This document shows positions 8,651 through 12,179 of a stretch of 12,179 nucleotides of DNA, piece by piece. The stretch covers positions 1 to 12,179 of the forward strand of contig JADGIF010000271.1 in NCBI GenBank assembly GCA_018985225.1, in the 5' to 3' direction. Source of the stretch: Amoeboradix gromovi X-113 (taxonomy: Eukaryota > Fungi > Sanchytriomycota). Position 1 is the first letter of the stretch, and every line of letters starts with the position of its first letter. The notes below the pieces were generated by a model. The model was not told the DNA's origin. It did no database searches and worked only from the letters and a program-made list of their open reading frames with translations. A program made the translations under genes and the position numbers.

Positions 8651-9436
8651 TCATGGACCTGGATTGCAGAACTGAATTTTGGACTCATAACAGTAGATTT
8701 GAGGGGGATATATATCGTTAAGAACTAAACAACTATGAAATGAAGGAATTAGATCGTTCAAATCTACATTGACTAGATCTTTTTCCATTAGTTTATTAGT
8801 TAAATAATTCAATGTTCGAAAGGGATTAAAGGAATCAGTTTGCAATATACGTAAATGTCGAGAGACATGAGAAAGTATAATGTTAGAAGGTTTATATCCG
8901 CATATTAACAAGAAGCAATAAAGAGTATCCACTGCATCCAACGGACGATGCATCCAGACATACTGAAGTACCTTTTTCCGATTCTTTAGGAGCTCTTTTC
9001 TAATTAGCACAAGGGTTTTGTATAGCTGAGACATTTTAAGTAGCAGCAGCTTTGTAATCAGCTTAATTTTCTTTTCCTTCGCAATTATATGTTCTAAACT
9101 TCCATCTATGATATTGCATAAGAGAGAATCCAATCGGTTAGGCTTCAATGGATTAAACTCTGTTTTTTCTAAAATGTCCACATATAAAGGTTTATAGAGT
9201 GGGTAGTGAGGCCATAACGACATATTGCTATTGGGTGCAGCTAAAACATTCAAACTGATTTCTTGATGTATCTGAGGAAATAAGCCATTGAAGTATTGTA
9301 ATTGCTGAGTTTTTAATCTTCTTTTTTCAAGTGTTTTTACAATGTTTTCCACTTTCATGTCTTCATTTTCTATTTGATCAACTTCAAAATCTGCGTTGAC
9401 GGAAGCAGCAAAATCAAATGATGAGTCACTCTCCAT
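8651..9436 (-). CDS. Hypothetical protein, 261 aa, acidic N-terminus
   Basis: Uninterrupted 786-nt ATG-TGA ORF in AT-rich DNA, with no overlap with neighbours and AATAAA just downstream of the stop. No family recognised. Confidence 0.75.
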   Translation of the reverse strand: MESDSSFDFAASVNADFEVDQIENEDMKVENIVKTLEKRRLKTQQLQYFNGLFPQIHQEISLNVLAAPNSNMSLWPHYPLYKPLYVDILEKTEFNPLKPNRLDSLLCNIIDGSLEHIIAKEKKIKLITKLLLLKMSQLYKTLVLIRKELLKNRKKVLQYVWMHRPLDAVDTLYCFLLICGYKPSNIILSHVSRHLRILQTDSFNPFRTLNYLTNKLMEKDLVNVDLNDLIPSFHSCLVLNDIYPPQIYCYESKIQFCNPGP

Positions 9437-9588
9437 GATTCAGAACTTTTTAAATTCTCATAGATTAGTGGATGCAGAATAATCGCCCTTACTTGAGGTC
9501 ATTCGTACCATCTGTATGCAATGAGGCATTAAAACGTCACAGCCAAGAAGCATGAATTTTTTATAAGGACGTTTATCTTCGGTTTCAT

Positions 9589-10089
9589 ATGGAAGACTTA
9601 GCAGCCCAACAACTAGGTAAAGCACTTAATGTCATTCTTCGGGAAAAGAGTGGGCAAACAAAATTTAAGACTTTGGGTCAATACTCACAGCAACCGACCG
9701 GTACCAATATTTTTATTCGGGGTTTGCCTGCTTACATGACAGATGACTGCCTGTATAAGTTAGCAAGATGTTACGGCGAAATCCAATCCTCAAAATGCAT
9801 CATTGATAGTCGAACTCAGCGTTGCAAAGGATTTGGTTTCGTAATGTTTAGTAACCAAGAACAAGCACAAGCATGCATTGATGGTTTAAAGAAGATAGGA
9901 TTATGGACTAGTTTGGCCAACGTACAAACAGCAAATAAACCTGATATATTAACACCTACTTCATCTCAGTCCGTTATTGACTATTGCTGGGGAATAAATG
10001 ACATCGTCGCTAATAATAGGTCTGAGTGGAACTTGAAGTCAATGGATGTGTCCTTTGATAATCTGAAGTCTAGGTTCTCGTTGTTTTAA
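9589..10089 (+). CDS. RNA-binding protein with one RRM, RBMS/MSSP (alan shepard)-like
   Basis: RNP2 TNIFIRGLP, GEIQSSKCIID..TQRC, RNP1 KGFGFVMF, and ACIDGL match RRM1 of the RBMS/MSSP family. Confidence 0.85.
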   Translation: MEDLAAQQLGKALNVILREKSGQTKFKTLGQYSQQPTGTNIFIRGLPAYMTDDCLYKLARCYGEIQSSKCIIDSRTQRCKGFGFVMFSNQEQAQACIDGLKKIGLWTSLANVQTANKPDILTPTSSQSVIDYCWGINDIVANNRSEWNLKSMDVSFDNLKSRFSLF

Positions 10090-10141
10090 TATAGTTCTGT
10101 TGATCCTTGCGACGAATTTACAAGCTGGTCGCCATTTAATT

Positions 10142-10153
10142 AATAAATTTATT
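10142..10153. terminator. Candidate bidirectional polyadenylation signal between convergent genes
   Basis: Perfect palindrome AATAAATTTATT between the RRM gene stop (10089) and the BCS1 stop (10159). Confidence 0.55.
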
Positions 10154-10158
10154 TTTCG

Positions 10159-11433
10159 TCATAAATCTACTATTGCTTTCCAATTATTCTTGTTTTCAAT
10201 AAACAAACCCTGAAGATGTGCTGGTGATATGTCGCCATATCTTTTCCTCAATAGGCCAACAAATACCTGGGCATTCCCCGAGCTTTCTGTATAAAAGCGC
10301 TTGAACATCTCCTGTATTTGCAGATTATCAGCATTGCTCATCTCAATCATTTTGTCCACTCTTCCAGGTCTAATCAAAGCTGGGTCAAGCCTATCCAAAT
10401 GATTTGTGGTCATAAAAATTAAACGCTCTTCAGAAGCGATAACACCATCCAGAGCATTCAACAAGCCGCTGAAAGTAACCATACTAGAGAAGCCTTCCTC
10501 ACTGGCTTTTCTCTCAAGAAAAGCTGCATCAACATCTTCAATTAGCAAAATAGACCTGGAAGGAGCATTAACAAGCAGATAAGCCAGTCGATCATCAGTT
10601 AGTCCTCGCTCACTTAGGTTAACTACGCAAATATTGTATTCGAGTTGTCCAGATAGCGCCTGAATGAATGAACTCTTTCCTGTTCCTGGAGTGCCATGCA
10701 AAAGGTACCCCCGTCTATATGGGATACCACGGTCATGGTACCAATTTTGGGACTTCAGAAACTGCTGAACATCAGTCAGAATATCCTGAGTTTGATTTTG
10801 CTTTAGAACAACACTCTCCAAAGGCCTTTTTCTCCTAGGTTGACCAAAGGGCTTCCAATCTGGGCCTTTGCTCATATAAACTACAGTTTTATTATGTTCT
10901 TTCTTCATGACATGAAGTTTAGCATCAGATATCATGTCTGTGAAAAGAAACTTCTGAGGTGACAAGGTTGTCACAGTAACAGACTCGAAAGGCTGATTGT
11001 TTGCAAAGTCTATGACTTCCTCATTACGATTTCTTTCAATTTGGAACCAATGGTTCTTATATTTAAACAGATGCTTACCAACGCCCGGCTGAAAATTCAG
11101 ATGAGCCTCAACAGCGCCCTGATCATGGTTCTTCAATACCGTCTGTACAGTCAATTTATTGCAAAACATATTCTTATTTTTGAATATATTCTTTTCGTAA
11201 TGATTAGAAAACCACTGCATAAACCAAAAAAAAGATTTGTCTCTGTTACTGAGTTCCAAACTTACAAAGGCTCTTTCTCTTGCAAAAATAGCGGCAATTC
11301 TCGCCGATTTCGTTAGAACAGCAATACCAGTACCAAGTCCCATTATTCCAAGTATTCCATATTCCGAAAGCTGTTCTGAGATTTTAGAATTGGCGAAAGA
11401 AAAAGGTGAATTGGATTCAGACATGGGGGACAT
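10159..11433 (-). CDS. BCS1: Mitochondrial AAA chaperone BCS1 (Rieske protein insertion into complex III)
   Basis: TM segment GILGIMGLGTGIAVL; BCS1_N blocks PGVGKH, PFESVTVTTL, WKPFGQPRRKRPLESVVL; WYHDRGIPYRRGYLLHGTPGTGKSS; LLIEDVD; VTFSGLLNALDGV; MTTNH..LDPALIRPGRVD. The track start at 11454 is a TTG; the first ATGs are at 11433 and 11424. Confidence 0.97.
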   Translation of the reverse strand: MSPMSESNSPFSFANSKISEQLSEYGILGIMGLGTGIAVLTKSARIAAIFARERAFVSLELSNRDKSFFWFMQWFSNHYEKNIFKNKNMFCNKLTVQTVLKNHDQGAVEAHLNFQPGVGKHLFKYKNHWFQIERNRNEEVIDFANNQPFESVTVTTLSPQKFLFTDMISDAKLHVMKKEHNKTVVYMSKGPDWKPFGQPRRKRPLESVVLKQNQTQDILTDVQQFLKSQNWYHDRGIPYRRGYLLHGTPGTGKSSFIQALSGQLEYNICVVNLSERGLTDDRLAYLLVNAPSRSILLIEDVDAAFLERKASEEGFSSMVTFSGLLNALDGVIASEERLIFMTTNHLDRLDPALIRPGRVDKMIEMSNADNLQIQEMFKRFYTESSGNAQVFVGLLRKRYGDISPAHLQGLFIENKNNWKAIVDL

Positions 11434-12179
11434 TGCTCCATTGATTGTATACAAAAATCGGGATATCCTCTATAAAACCTAGGCTGGAGTGAGTAACAGA
11501 GAATGACAAGAAGAAGAAGCTTTTCATACTAGATATCCAAAACTCATCGAATAGGTTCCAAACCTACAACACAAATATTATAGCAGACCCACAACATTGG
11601 CAAACTCGAATTAAGTAATCAAGTAAATCAGCCAAATTATTCCAGCGTTTCCATCCGCAAAACAAGACCGGAAAGTGAATGAAACATAACAACCTGATTT
11701 ATAGGTGACGAGTATAAGGGCACACAGCGATCTCATAGAGTGCCAGCTGGGATGCGGTCGTGTGAACGTGCTTTATAAAAAATCTTCAAGGCGTGTAAAG
11801 TTTGCTAACAAATGGCAGAAGACCAGACTGGCAAAGACGAGGAATTGATAACAAATTTTTGTCGCCAAAGGCATAGGTGATAAGTTGTCAAAATGCCTTA
11901 ATTAGCCAGAACTACTTTTAGAGTCATTTATTTGGGACACCAAATATAAAAACTAGACTAACTCGTTTTTAAAGTAGGTGCACCATACAGAGGAAATGCT
12001 ATCATTAATAAAAGATCTTCTATTATACCAATTTTCTTTCATTACTTTCAATCCCCTCTTCATAATAAAAGTAGAAGACCCTGCATCTCGTTCAAATATA
12101 TGAGGTCTTTGAGCATCTAAGCAAAAGGTGCATTTTCTTAGACGGTACTCTTTTCTAGAGTCATTTTGCAATGTTATAC
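11400..12179 (-). pseudogene. Relic C: more diverged decayed copy of the repeated unknown ORF family (5' end beyond the window)
   Basis: Collinear blocks: IGI..PLYGA (12032; A LGI..SLLGA, B LGI..SLSGT), KNELV*F (A KDEMIAF), VLAN*GILT (11912-11886; B VLVSQGILK 6195-6221), PSW..LILVTYK..DGN (11751-11647; B PNW..LICMTNK..DGN), VWNLFDE, and WSNVPHV (11440; B WSDVAHV 6645). Confidence 0.72.

Noticed and set aside
11041-11482. Plus-strand ORFs 11041..11316 and 11237..11482
   Set aside because: Antisense shadows of BCS1.
11953-12171. 72-aa ORF as a real gene
   Set aside because: It has a TTG start, lies within relic C, and only part of it is in the homologous frame.

Overview
AT-rich, very gene-dense eukaryotic nuclear DNA using the standard genetic code, probably from a compact-genome fungus-like lineage with aerobic mitochondria (inference). 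It carries six intact genes: a divergent MutS homologue with a mismatch-recognition domain (MSH1-like), a Transportin-3/Mtr10/importin-13-like karyopherin, ARP5 split by an apparent 21-nt intron, a 261-aa orphan, a single-RRM RBMS/MSSP-like protein, and BCS1. The main finding, not visible in the ORF track, is that the four larger intergenic gaps (1-203, 2683-3273, 5847-6692, ~11400-12179) contain decayed, frameshifted copies of one unidentified ~280-codon gene. Three copies are well supported and the one at 1-203 is weaker. Shared peptide blocks differ largely by synonymous codon changes. The three copies whose 3' ends are visible lie co-oriented directly upstream of a housekeeping gene, and one appears to supply the BCS1 start codons. 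All alignments were done by eye; no database searches were run.
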